DNA of 64,000 nt from Batkoa obscura (taxonomy: Eukaryota): contig JASVEC010000019.1 of assembly GCA_030770535.1 (NCBI GenBank), positions 186,001 through 250,000 of the forward strand, given 5' to 3'. Positions 52,079-64,000 of the stretch are shown here, piece by piece; the stretch's first letter is position 1; each line of letters begins with the position of its first letter. A program made the position numbers and the translations under genes. The notes below the pieces were generated by a model, which worked only from the letters and a program-made list of their open reading frames with translations, ran no database searches and was not told the origin of the DNA.

Positions 52079-52176
52079 TGGGGACGTATTTTTGTGTTTA
52101 AATTTTACTAACAAATTTTCCGCTTAAATAACGCTTAAAAAATGGAAAAAATAATGAAGTCAAAAAAATACTCCCA
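52079..52176 (-). mobile_element. MITE family A
   Basis: TGGGGACGTATTTTTG...ACTCCCA-TA. Confidence 0.8.
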
Positions 52177-52460
52177 TATTTAAAAATCAGTTAAAAGCAA
52201 AATAAAAATTTCTCAGCTGGATTTTTGTATTAACTAAAAAGTAGAAAGCTATAATAAAATTATTCATTAAATAAATATATTTTAAAAAGCTCAATGAGTT
52301 TACATTTTAATGTTATTATCATCAATAATAGAAATCATTTTAAAATATTATTAGTTTTCAAACTAAACTATGTTGGGCTTAAATTAAAATTAATTTTATT
52401 AAAATTTTAAATTTTACATCACTAGTAATAAATAGTTTAAATAGAAGAAAGACAAAGTGA

Positions 52461-53240
52461 TTAGTTTTTCGATGAAAAGGAAAAAAGAGAAGAGGAGCTA
52501 CTTTTAATTGTATCTTCAATTAATTTATCTTGAGTAAAAACATATTCTTCAGGAAGTTCTTCATCAATATCTTCTGGATCACCGCCAACTGAAGCATAGA
52601 TTTCTTTCATACTTGGATACATTGCAAATTTTTTAGGTCGAAAGTCATAAACTATTTCTCCATTTGTATTAATAACGAATGTTCCACCAAGTTGACGAAG
52701 ATCTCCTTTGAAGTTGATTACCATACCATTCAAATTCAAATTCAACATCAATTTCATAATATATTTATTTACCATACATGACATATGATACATTCTTGTA
52801 ACCTTCGTTAGTCCAGCAGCTTTATACACATTCCTCTCTGGATCAATATAAATATCCCATCTCCAATAACCACAAGATAAAAATGATTTCAAATCTACAT
52901 CTTCAAATACAACAGCAGCTAATCCAATACCTTGTCTTTCAAAAAATGGTTGTAAATCAGACATTAATTTAGCTTCATGCATACAAAGCGTACAACCTAA
53001 TCTAGCTAATACTTTCAAAATCACAGGTCTCTTTTGCCATATATCGCTCAATAGTACCTCATTACCATCGATTGTTTTCACCTTTATACCCTTAAATATA
53101 CTTGCATCTATCTTAATTTTTTCTCGATATTTTCTTATTAACTCTTCCAAAGACTCACTTGATTGTCTTTTTTCTAACTCACCACCGAAAGTTTCAGAAG
53201 GTTTTGAATCACCTAGGAAGCAAGTGCAAAAAGGGAACAT
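52461..53240 (-). CDS. PRXL2/AhpC-TSA_2 protein, paralog 3
   Basis: RLGCTLCMHEA, IYIDPERNVYKAAGL, GDLRQLGGTFVI. Confidence 0.85.
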   Translation of the reverse strand: MFPFCTCFLGDSKPSETFGGELEKRQSSESLEELIRKYREKIKIDASIFKGIKVKTIDGNEVLLSDIWQKRPVILKVLARLGCTLCMHEAKLMSDLQPFFERQGIGLAAVVFEDVDLKSFLSCGYWRWDIYIDPERNVYKAAGLTKVTRMYHMSCMVNKYIMKLMLNLNLNGMVINFKGDLRQLGGTFVINTNGEIVYDFRPKKFAMYPSMKEIYASVGGDPEDIDEELPEEYVFTQDKLIEDTIKSSSSSLFSFSSKN

Positions 53241-54964
53241 TTATTTTTTATTCAAATAATAAAAATTATAGTCTCATCCTATCTCCTTATATACATTTGA
53301 TGAATAATTAGCATAATTGAAATAGATTAACATCTTTAAAATCAAATTACCATTAATGGTTTTAGTTTCATTACTCATAATTCAGTTACTTTTATTCATT
53401 TGCTCCTTTAACTTACCATTCTTTATGCATTAACTTTATTCAGGCATTTAATCTATGCATTTGAACAGTACAAAAATTTTATTACATGAAATTAAGCTAA
53501 AATAAGAGACAATAAGTATGATGCCATTACCTTTTTCTTTATATGTCGGACTTGATTTTAATTTTAATTTTGATTTTGATTATATAATCATTATGTTTAT
53601 TTGTTTGTTTTGATCTTTTTTACCACCAAAAATTGATTATTATCATTTTAAATAGTGCATCCTTTATTCCAAAAGTAAGAAAATTTTTAAAAATAACATC
53701 AGATTATGCAGCTAAAAATATAGCATAACAAATTTTAGATTCCTCAATTGATGCACAATAAACAGTTCCATAAAAAATGAATCAACCCAACAAATAATAA
53801 GTTCAGTTGAATTAGAACATTATAACACTCATTCGTAAAATAGAACTGTTACAGTCCTTTCACGACTTTATCAACTACTCATTTAAGAAAATCTACCTTG
53901 TATTTGATTAAAATATAGTAACCAGGCTTTAGAAAACCCGTTATACAACTAACTTGTTATAAAAATCACTGCTAAAACAATCACAAAAGGACTGCAACAG
54001 TTTTAAATTCTTTTTCTACTAAAATTCAATTGGATTTTATTTAATTTGGTTTTTAGTTAAAGATCAGCTCTCATTTTAACATGGTCTATAAGGGGATGAA
54101 TGACTAAAAAGTTCAAAAAGATTCCGCTAAACGTCAATTTAATCTTTTGGATTTCAAACGTTGAAACCTAAAACATGACCATTTTATAATATTTTACCTC
54201 ATTTAAAATGATAGTTAATTTTATGAGTTAAATATTGAAAATGAATATAAATATTAGTAAAATTAAAAATAGATTAATAATATAACTCAATAAACATGCT
54301 GAAGAACAGATTTACTATCACAAATTCAATGGTTACAAATCTGTCCCTCTGCAATTTGATTGATTATTAGATTTTAAATTATAAATGTAAAATTGAAGGT
54401 ATATATTCTAACTCAAACATAAGGCGTCAATGCTCTTGATGAATACTATTAAACTGGACTAAGTTTTAGCTTAATATTTAATACAAAGAGCAACTCTAGC
54501 TTTGTGTTATAATTTCGGTTTTAATTTATAAACACAATTGAGTTCATTAGCTTTTAGATTTTAAAGTTTAAAAATTGTTTATTTTTTGTATCTAGATTTT
54601 TTAAGTGTTAAATAAACAAGCCTATACTTTTTAGATCGTTTAAGGGATGAAATTTTAAATTGTTTTTTTTCAAATTTATTAAATATTAAGTTTTGAATTA
54701 TTTACATTAATAAAAACAGTATTTGGTCATATTATTAATATAGTACTGATAAGTCATTTTATAAGTATTTAGATTTTTAATATACTTAATAATTTTTAAC
54801 TTATCTGTTATAAAAAATTAGCTACTATTTTTAAATGTTTATTAAACTTGTATTTAAAAATAATGTTATTAATATCAAAGAAATACATATATAAGTTTAA
54901 AAAAATTAAATTTATGATATAAAAAGAGACACTTAGTTCGTTTTGTTATAATCCAAAAACCATT

Positions 54965-55766
54965 TGAGGATGTTTTTTTGATTTCATTATTTTTCCATTT
55001 TTTAAGCACTATTTGAGTGAAAAGATTGTTAGTAAAAATCTTAGACACAAAAAAACATCCCCATTTATTAGTATATATAATAAGATATTTTAGTTAAAGA
55101 AACTTATAATAAAAATAAGTGTACATAATTATTTGTATAAAGATGATTTTTTCAAAGATGAAACATATGAGGATGTATTTTTTTGTCTAAGAATTTTACC
55201 AACAATCTTTCCACTCAAATAGCACTTGAAAGATAGAAAAAGTAATGAAACCAAAAAAAACACCCTCATATTTGAAATTACAAGGAATGTATTTTTGTAT
55301 TTAATAATTTTACTAGCAATTTTTCTGCTCAAATAGTGCTTAAAAGATCGAAAAAGTAACGAAGCCAAAAAAACATCCCTATATAATATTTTACTTTACC
55401 GTTTACAAAGTATTTATAATAGTATCAATTAAAGCTTTTTGGGATTCCTACATGAAATTCGTAATTTGATATTTAGAGTAAGATTTTTTAATAGTCTAAG
55501 TAATATAAATACATTTTATTTTATAATTTTTTAGCGTTTTTTACTTATTGTTATTTAAAACCGTATTAAAATGCTCACGTAATAATATGATATATTGATT
55601 AGTTGAAGAGTTAGGTTAAAAAGTTAACTGAAGTTCCCAAACTTACTCAAATATTAAGAATCAAAACTTCGAAGTGTTTTTTTGACTTTATTACTTTTTC
55701 CATTTTTTAAGCGCTATTTAAGTGGAAAATTTGTTAGTAAAATTCTTAAACATAATACATCCGCAT
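54965..55766. mobile_element. Four MITE A copies (54965-55063 +, 55168-55269 -, ~55281-55381 -, ~55669-55766 +)
   Basis: Family core and termini. Confidence 0.75.
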
Positions 55767-57250
55767 ATATTAGATGGTTGGATTAAACGGAGAGGGGACC
55801 AATGTAAAGCAAAGTACTTTGAATTGAAGCCAAGGTAAGCAATTTAATTTGACTACACTAGTTTTGAAAGTTGTTTATTTAGTAAATGAAATTTGGATTT
55901 TAATTGTTTCAGGTTTAGCAATAACAGCGGTAATAAAGTAAACTTGGGATACTTGCTTAATTTTTCCGTATATGGGTAAGCACTAATATACAAACTTATT
56001 TTTACTTTACTTATTGTTCTTGATTATAAATTTAGAATATTAGTAATGTCATATCGTTTTTTGTCCAATATATGAGGACTCCATCTTAATTCCAGATTCA
56101 AACTTACCATTATTATCTATTGAACAAGTAATGTATAAATATTAACTCATTTTGACATGTTCAATTTATATCATAATACATCAAATAAGTTAATAAATAT
56201 GCCTATTATATCAACAGTTATTTTAAAATAAAAATACGTCTAGTTTTAAATTATTCATAATTACTTTTGATCAAAGTACATAAGGCTAATATTACACGTA
56301 TGGTGTCCAACTATACTAATTAATTTTGGTAACGTAAATTTCCTTTTTTAAAATCAAAGTTATAACTTTAAGCCAATGATATTTGGCCTCAAATTAAATT
56401 TAAATTGAGTAAGCTTAACTTATTTTCAAAATATTCATATTTAGCACTTTTCTCTAATTCCTTTAATTAGCTAATTTAAAAGTTGTTCCCTCTTTTAACA
56501 GCGATTAATTATTGTTCTTTGCTTTCGATTTACTACGTTTATCTTTTTAAATAGAATGAAACCTTGATTTTTTTATAAGATTGGATCAATACTACTACAA
56601 TATGAATCAAGTTAATGAAGATATTATCATATCACATATATAAAACCATGCATTAAATGTAGGCAGATTACGAATTTAAAAGTCAATATTATTAACGAGT
56701 TATTATTCTTTCTTAAAATATAAAAATATAAGATTTGTTTTTTTCAAAGGTAATCAATCTGGTTATAAGGTCATTTGTTCATTAATTACAGTTCTACATT
56801 ATTTAATAGAATAGGCAACAATGCAAGAATCCACTATTTTTCAAAGTTGACTTGGATTGGTTTATTTTTTTATAGTATGGGTGATAACTAATATATTGAG
56901 ATAGCAGTTAATTTAAATATAATTTTACTTAAAACAATATAATAGTAAAATATAGTAGTAAAACAAATATAGGATGTTAAAGAATTTGATTTTCTTAATA
57001 ATAAACTAACACTCCCTTTAATCCTGTTTTAAACCACAAATTATAAAGTTAAGTTTACTTGCTTAAACTTGGATTAAAAATATGATAATTTTATTACTGA
57101 ACTTAGGATGAAAATGATCTAAATACTTAAGTGGGATTTATGACTTAAGAGATTAAGAATCAAATTTTGAATCAAAAAGTATATAAACAACTAAAGAACT
57201 TAAATATAAATGCTTATTTTACCTTTTATTCAAATAGCGGTCAATTTATA

Positions 57251-58021
57251 ATGTACTACTTTGGATGCTTTCATAGAAGCTCAGATGAAACTTTTGACAA
57301 ACCTATACAAGAAAAAAGGTTATCCTCCGAGTCCTTGGAAGAATTGATAAGAAAATATCGAGAAAAGAATAAGATAGATGCAAGTATATTTGAGGGTATA
57401 AAAGTAAGGACAGTTGATGGTAATGAGGTGTTATTAAGTGACATATGGAAAAAGAGACCTGTGATTTTGAAAGTATTAGCTAGATTAGGTTGTACGCTTT
57501 GTATGCATGAAGCTAAATTAATGTCTGATTTACAACCATTTTTTGAAAGACAAGGTATTGGATTAGCTGCTGTTGTATTTGAAGATGTAGATTTGAAATC
57601 ATTTTTATCTTGTGGTTATTGGAGATGGGATATTTATATTGATCCAGAAAAAAGTGTATATAAAGCTGCTGGACTAACGAAGGTTACAAGAATGTATCAT
57701 ATGTCATGTATGGTAAATAAATATATTATGAAATTGATGTTGAATTTGAATTTGAATGGTATGGTAATCAACTTCAAAGGAGATCTTCGTCAACTTGGTG
57801 GAACATTCGTTATTAATACAAATGGAGAAATAGTTTATGACTTTCGACCTAAAAAATTTGCAATGTATCCAAGTATGAAAGAAATCTATGCTTCAGTTGG
57901 CGGTGATCCAGAAGATATTGATGAAGAACTTCCTGAAGAATATGTTTTTACTCAAGATAAATTAATTGAAGATACAATTAAAAGTAGATCTTCTTCCCTC
58001 TTCACATCCTCTACGCTATAA
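57251..58021 (+). CDS. PRXL2/AhpC-TSA_2 protein, paralog 4
   Basis: ATG at 57251 aligns with the ATG at 62889 (AATTTATAATGTA); RLGCTLCMHEA. Confidence 0.85.
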   Translation: MYYFGCFHRSSDETFDKPIQEKRLSSESLEELIRKYREKNKIDASIFEGIKVRTVDGNEVLLSDIWKKRPVILKVLARLGCTLCMHEAKLMSDLQPFFERQGIGLAAVVFEDVDLKSFLSCGYWRWDIYIDPEKSVYKAAGLTKVTRMYHMSCMVNKYIMKLMLNLNLNGMVINFKGDLRQLGGTFVINTNGEIVYDFRPKKFAMYPSMKEIYASVGGDPEDIDEELPEEYVFTQDKLIEDTIKSRSSSLFTSSTL

Positions 58022-60550
58022 TATTATTCTATTTAATTTATTAAACACTTCAATTTATTGAATATTTTGATTAGTTATTCCGGCTCCGTTTATGTTTTTG
58101 TCCATTGATTGAACCATAATAAAATTCTATTCTAATTAATTTGCGATTATTACTTTGTGAATGAATATATCTAATTAACTTTTATAGCTTAATTTGAATA
58201 ATTTTGTTCTAATTTTTTAAATTATGCTTATGGATAAAAAGCGAGATAATTCAACTATGAATTTTCCTCTCTAAATCAATCACCTGAATATATTTTATTT
58301 AAATTAGTAATAAGAACTTCATTATTGAGGGTCTGAATAAAATCCTATAATAGAAACTATTTTTTCATTTTTTAAAAAGTTAGTATTTCTAACTCTCATC
58401 TTTTATTAGCTGATATTTTTTGTTAACTTTATAGCTACGCCTCTTTACGTATAACTTTTGAAATGAATATAATGAAATAATTATGAACAAAATAAATCTT
58501 ATTACTGAAGCATGTTAAATTGTGAACAAATTAATTGATTTTTTTCAAACCCATAGAATATTAAAGAAGATTCATTATACCGCTATCCTATAGTGCGGAA
58601 CTACAAGTATAAGAATCATAGAATCTTTTAGGAAAGTATCCTCTATTCAGTAAAAATTCAATAGGAAATTTAATTAATTTTGACTAAATTTATTATATAA
58701 TAGTACATTATTTTAAGTATACTTAGAGTAAAACTTCAAATAAATTTATTTGGCTTTTATATTTGATAAATAAACCTTTTTAACTTGGTTTTGAATAAGA
58801 AATAATATTTGAAATTCATTTAAAATCGCTGTCAAGAATGGGCAAATCCTTATTCTTTATATAAATCCTACTCTCTTATTAAATTGTAGTATCTTACTAC
58901 ATCACTTCATTTTATAATATCAATATCTTAAAAAAATACATTGATTCTTTTCAAAAATTAACGGATTTTTGAGATAAGAGATCATTTATAAGAACAATAT
59001 TACTTTATTTTAGTTATTGATAATAGAAAGATAATGAAACACAAGCTAAATTAGGAGAGAGTATTAAAGGAACACGAAGGATTTTATTATTCCAGGTTTT
59101 ACAAATAGTCACGTCTTATTATTTAAAACAAAATTTTAATAAGGGTAAAGTGAAATAACATTTAAAAACTCTGAGTATCTAGGAAGAATCAAAATCATTA
59201 ATAAAATAGCCTTGTTTTACAAAGAAATATGATTTAGTAATTATAATATTTTATATTAGGATCGCTTCCACAAAGTATATAATATGGCAATAGCTTTCTA
59301 TTCAAATCATTATATATGAGAGAAAGTCATTTTATAGTAAATTTTTATATAAATTAGTTTATTAAAACGGATAAAAATTATACATTTGTTTCTGATATTA
59401 AGATTCTAAATCAGACAGTTTAATTTAACAGAGATATTGTATAAGAATAAAAAATTATTATAAATACTGTTCAATTTCAAAGTATTTGCTTGTTAAATGG
59501 AATTTAAGAGCTCCTAAATTTAGAGCCAAATAAGACTTTCTTTAACTATTTGTATGTAATCCATAGCTCTCAATTTTTTTTATATTATTAGCTTTAGGTT
59601 TTATTTCAAAATCATCTTTGCTTATTGTCATTCTTTGTTAAATATTATTTATCTTCGTATATTATAATACTTTGATTTTATTTAATTAAACTGTGTTTCC
59701 TTAGCCAGTATTATTTTAAAATATATTTTTTTAATTTTGTACCATAATTCACTGATTTATAACCATTTTTGATGTTAATAATTAGATTTTACTATAGCCA
59801 TGTTAAAATATCTCAGCTAACAAAATCGATTTTTTAAAACAAATGATAATTAACATGAATCTTTGTTTTTTTGAGTTTAATACTTTGTGATATTTAAATG
59901 TCCCTTTTTTTGGCTGAATCTTGGTTTTTTACTTAAGCCATATGTATATGTATATTAGAATCTTTAACGTTTTAGTATTGCGATACCTTTTGATTTATTA
60001 TAATTTTCTTAAATCCAGTGTCAGAAACATTGTGTTTTATTGTATAGAAAAGGAAAAATCCGGCTTAACCTGGAGAGAAGTCAAAAATAGAAAGGTCTTT
60101 CAACCTGAGGTTTAAAGCTATGTTAAAGGGTAATGAGAAGCAATTGGTTATAGATGAAGTTAAAGCCTGAGGTTTAGGGGATTTTTTGGGTTGGAGTTTA
60201 AACAGAAGGAAGGTCACTTCCTTTTTAGAAGACTCATACCAAGTGAAAGTAAGTAAGAAAGGTAGAAGGAGAGGAGAACTAGAAAACAGTCTTTCTGTAT
60301 GTACTGGTAGTAGAGCTAAAACTGTTGAACATACTAATAGAGAGAATCGCTGTAGGGAACATTGATGAGAATTGATCAAACCAAGTAAGGCCGACAAGAG
60401 AAGGTGGGATGAAGCTAAAATTAACATCAAAGTAACAAGAAATGATATAGGCTCATAACCTTTGATTTATTATAATTTATTTAAATTAAAATTTTACTGA
60501 GATCGTCAGTTTTCAAGAATTAATTTTATCAGCTAAATATTTATACTATA

Positions 60551-60650
60551 TAGGGATGTATTTTTTTGCTTGAGGATTTTACTAACAATTTTTCTACTCA
60601 AATAATGCTTAAAAAATGGAAAAGTAATGAAACCAAAAAAAACATCCCCA
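60551..60650 (-). mobile_element. MITE family A
   Basis: TA-TAGGGATGTA...ACATCCCCA-TA. Confidence 0.8.
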
Positions 60651-61167
60651 TATAGTGATTAAATAAAGTTAAGAAAGGTAGTGGACATAACTTGTCAAAA
60701 TGAAGGAATGGGTTAATAAAATTTTGAACAAGGCTTACTTTTTTCCTATCTATTTTGAACTTCCAACCATTTTCTTTATTATTATATTTAAGCTTTAAAA
60801 ATTCACTTCCTCAAATAATATATATAACTTTAGCTTGAAGTTGAAATACAATGTAGTCTAAAGACTATTTTTAACTCATGGTTAATATAACTTAGCTTTT
60901 GACTTAGGCTTTAAGATCTTTTTTGTCAATTTCATTTATGAATTCCACACTGTATCTTTATTAATTTGCAAAATGTAATTAAAAAAATCAATACAAATTA
61001 CATTGTCAACATCAGTTGTGAAAAAGCTACTTATATATTTGCAATAAAATCATGGTAATAGCTCATATTTTTAATTTTTTAATATGCAGTGCTTTAACCC
61101 AAAGTTACTGGTTTTGTAAAACTTTTGCCAGCGATTCTAAAAACTTCTGACCAGCTTAATAAATATA

Positions 61168-61435
61168 CGGGAATATTTTTTACCAATAATCCTTTTTTGC
61201 TATTTAAAATTTAGAAATAAACTAATGCAACTATTTAAGTTCGAATGTGTGCTGGTAAATGATAAATTTTATAAATGACTATTTTTTCTATTATACTAAT
61301 TTAAGATTATTAACTTAATTTTTACTTTAAAATGAATAATTAGCTAGTACACATCTAAGTTTGGACAGCATACCAGTTAATTAATTTCGAAATTTAAAGA
61401 TAGCAAAAAAGAATTATTGGTAAAAAACATTCCCA
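61168..61435. mobile_element. 268-bp MITE with long (~60-100 bp) TIRs (family B)
   Basis: GGGAATATTTTTTACCAATAATCCTTTTTTGCTAT versus ATAGCAAAAAAGAATTATTGGTAAAAAACATTCCCA. Confidence 0.75.
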
Positions 61436-61568
61436 TGTATATTATCCATAAATTAAGCTACTTATACTAGTTAGATAATTAAGGCTTATATTATTTAGAC
61501 CGTTAAAAATAATAAAAGCAATAGTTTATATTGAAAATAGTGTACAAGGCTCTTGTACAATTGACTAT

Positions 61569-61665
61569 ATGAGGATGTGTTTAAGGATTTAAGGATTTTA
61601 CTATTTTTCGATACAAATAACAGTTAAAGATAGAAAAAATGATAAGTCCAAAAAAAAACACCTCA
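61569..61665 (-). mobile_element. MITE family A (diverged)
   Basis: TA-TGAGGATGTG...ACACCTCA-TA. Confidence 0.65.
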
Positions 61666-62888
61666 TATTATAGAGCAGTAAGTAGGAATTTTAAATAGCA
61701 GGATTCTACCTTTAAATAATTATATAAAATTTTATAACATAATACTATAAATCATTGATCAGGCGTAGTGCTCTAATAGAGATTTATTTTGTTTAAATAT
61801 ATTGGCTAGTTTTAATTAATAGTTAAATGGTATTTTATTACTTATACAAACTTGATAGCAATTTATTAGTTTTATATAATAGTAAAATATAAAAGCAAAA
61901 AGTTGATTTTTTAATGATGGATTTATTTATATTAATTATGTGTAACATGATAATAATGATTTGATAAGTTTTATTATATAAAAGCAATAAAAATTGACAC
62001 TTAACTCAGAAGTGGTGTCAATTTTAAAATTTGTAAGAATTCAGCACTATAAGTTGTTATAAAATATTTATAATTTAAAAAATACAATAAAATTATAATT
62101 GTGTAATTTATATTAAAAGTTGATTATAAATAGCAAACGTTTAATATATTACTTTACCTTTAATTAGAAAAAATATATTGAGTAATAATCTAAAAAGCGT
62201 TACAAGTAAAAAATAAAAAAGTTAATTAAAAGTATAATTTGTAATTAATTTAAATTAATTTGTACAGTTTACTTTTTGCGTTTTATAATCAAAATTTGTT
62301 TTCCATTTATAAAGTTATTCTAAGTATCATATTGATTTTTTATTTCTATTATATATAAGTCACATCTTTATTTGATATCTATTATGCTTGTAATAATATA
62401 TAATATTTTGGATTACAATAATAAATCTTTGATACTTTATCTTGTATTGTAAATTTTCTATTTCCTTTATAAATTAATATATCAGGCTCCTTTTATGGAA
62501 AATACATTATGCAAATTTTCTGTAAATAGTAAGATAATAAACACAACCTTATAACAATAAGCAGGATTTTAAGCAAAATAATATGCTAGCAAGTTGAATC
62601 ACAAATCGGTATTTAAAATAGCAAATAATTCACTCACCTTATAAAATAAATAACTAAATCTTTTGATCCGTCTTAAACCACAAATTATAAAGAAAAATAA
62701 ACTTCTCGTAAATTTTATTTTAAAAAAGATATTTTATTACTAAACTTGGTACAAAAATGATCTAAACATTATACTGGGACTTATAGGTTAATAGGTTAAG
62801 AATTATCTTTTGGATCGAGAAGTATATAAACAAATTAAATTTACAAAGAGCTTCTTTTATCTTTTAATTAAATATTAGTAAATTTATA

Positions 62889-63656
62889 ATGTATTGCGTT
62901 TCATGCTTTGATCGAAACTCGGATGAAGCGACTGCTAATATCTTAGAAAAAAGACAATCGAGTGAGTCCTTGGAAGAATTGATAAGAAAATATCGAGAAA
63001 AGAATAAGATAGATGCAAGTATATTTGAGGGTATAAAAGTAAGGACAGTTGATGGTAATGAGGTGTTATTAAGTGACATATGGAAAAAGAGACCTGTGAT
63101 TTTGAAAGTATTAGCTAGATTAGGTTGTTCCCTTTGTAAACATGAAGCTAAAGTATTGTCTGATTTACAACCATTTTTTGAAAGACAAGGTATTGGGTTA
63201 GCTGCTGTTGTATTTGAAGATGTAGATTTGAAATCATTTTTATCTTGTGGTTATTGGAGATGGGATATTTATATTGATCCAGAGAGGAATGTGTATAAAG
63301 CTGCTGGACTAACGAAGGTTACAAGAATGTACCATATGTCATGTATGGTGAATAAATATTTTATGAAGCTATTAATAGGTTTAAATCTGAATGGTATTAT
63401 TAACAACGCAAAAGGAGACCTTCGTCAGCTTGGTGGGCTATTTGTTATCAATACAGATGGTCAAATAGTTTATGATTTTAGACCCAAGAAGTTTGCAACT
63501 TATCCAAGTATGAAAGAACTTTATGCTTCTGTTGGGGGGGATCCAACTGAAATTGATGAAGAACTTTCTGATGAATATATCTACACTCAATACAAGCTAG
63601 CTGAAGATACAGTTAAAAGTAGAGCTTCTTCTCTTTCTTCAGCTTCTACGCTATGA
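62889..63656 (+). CDS. PRXL2/AhpC-TSA_2 protein, paralog 5
   Basis: RLGCSLCKHEA; flanks homologous to paralog 4. Confidence 0.85.
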   Translation: MYCVSCFDRNSDEATANILEKRQSSESLEELIRKYREKNKIDASIFEGIKVRTVDGNEVLLSDIWKKRPVILKVLARLGCSLCKHEAKVLSDLQPFFERQGIGLAAVVFEDVDLKSFLSCGYWRWDIYIDPERNVYKAAGLTKVTRMYHMSCMVNKYFMKLLIGLNLNGIINNAKGDLRQLGGLFVINTDGQIVYDFRPKKFATYPSMKELYASVGGDPTEIDEELSDEYIYTQYKLAEDTVKSRASSLSSASTL

Positions 63657-64000
63657 TATTTTACTCTTAATTTATTAAACATTCCAATATATTGAATATT
63701 TGGATTATGGTAATTCCAATTTTTTTTGTTTTATCCATCAATTGAACCATAATAAATGGTAAATTCCAGTCGTTTGGTGTGATTATAAAATTACAAATAA
63801 AAGTGATCATCTAACTTTTATAGCATATTTAAACCTTTCATGTTATTTTTCTACTTCTTTTAGGATAAAAAGCGAGTCAATTTATTGTCTAATTTCTTCT
63901 TTAAATTGATCACCTGGAATTATTTAGTTTTATTCTTCGATTCGAATGTCTGGATAAATTTGAATGTCCAGTTGAAATTCGAAATAACTTTTTACTGTTT

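Noticed and set aside
60065..60430. 121-aa minus-strand ORF
   Set aside because: No recognisable domain or promoter context; probably a TE or gene relic
24234..63656. Selenoprotein (SelU-like UxxC) reading of the PRXL2 genes
   Set aside because: All five have Cys codons at both positions and no in-frame TGA

Overview
Very AT-rich eukaryotic DNA with short (about 50-70 nt) GT-AG introns. It is most likely an early-diverging fungus (Zoopagomycota/Entomophthorales-like; inference only). Housekeeping genes: a divergent Caf40/Rcd1, oligoribonuclease REX2, proteasome RPN1, GFA1, a HAL/NPR-type kinase, tRNA-Ser(GCT) and an intron-containing tRNA-Tyr(GTA). Accessory genes: a secreted histidine-brace LPMO-like protein, two unannotated related secreted micropeptides, a 3-exon 60-aa membrane micropeptide, five intronless CxxC peroxiredoxin-like (PRXL2/AhpC-TSA_2) paralogs with gene-conversion patchwork, a DHA2-type MFS transporter, a GH25 lysozyme and a 7TM-receptor pseudogene. 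Mobile DNA: an intact Ty3/gypsy element (41228-48780; apparently identical 400-bp LTRs, 4-bp ATAT TSD, A_AAA_AAC -1 frameshift site with a predicted pseudoknot, 838-aa Gag, and a catalytically degenerate dUTPase-like domain between protease and RT), several solo or fragmentary LTRs, about 24 copies of a ~100-bp TA-targeting MITE, and other fold-back elements. All alignments were done by eye.
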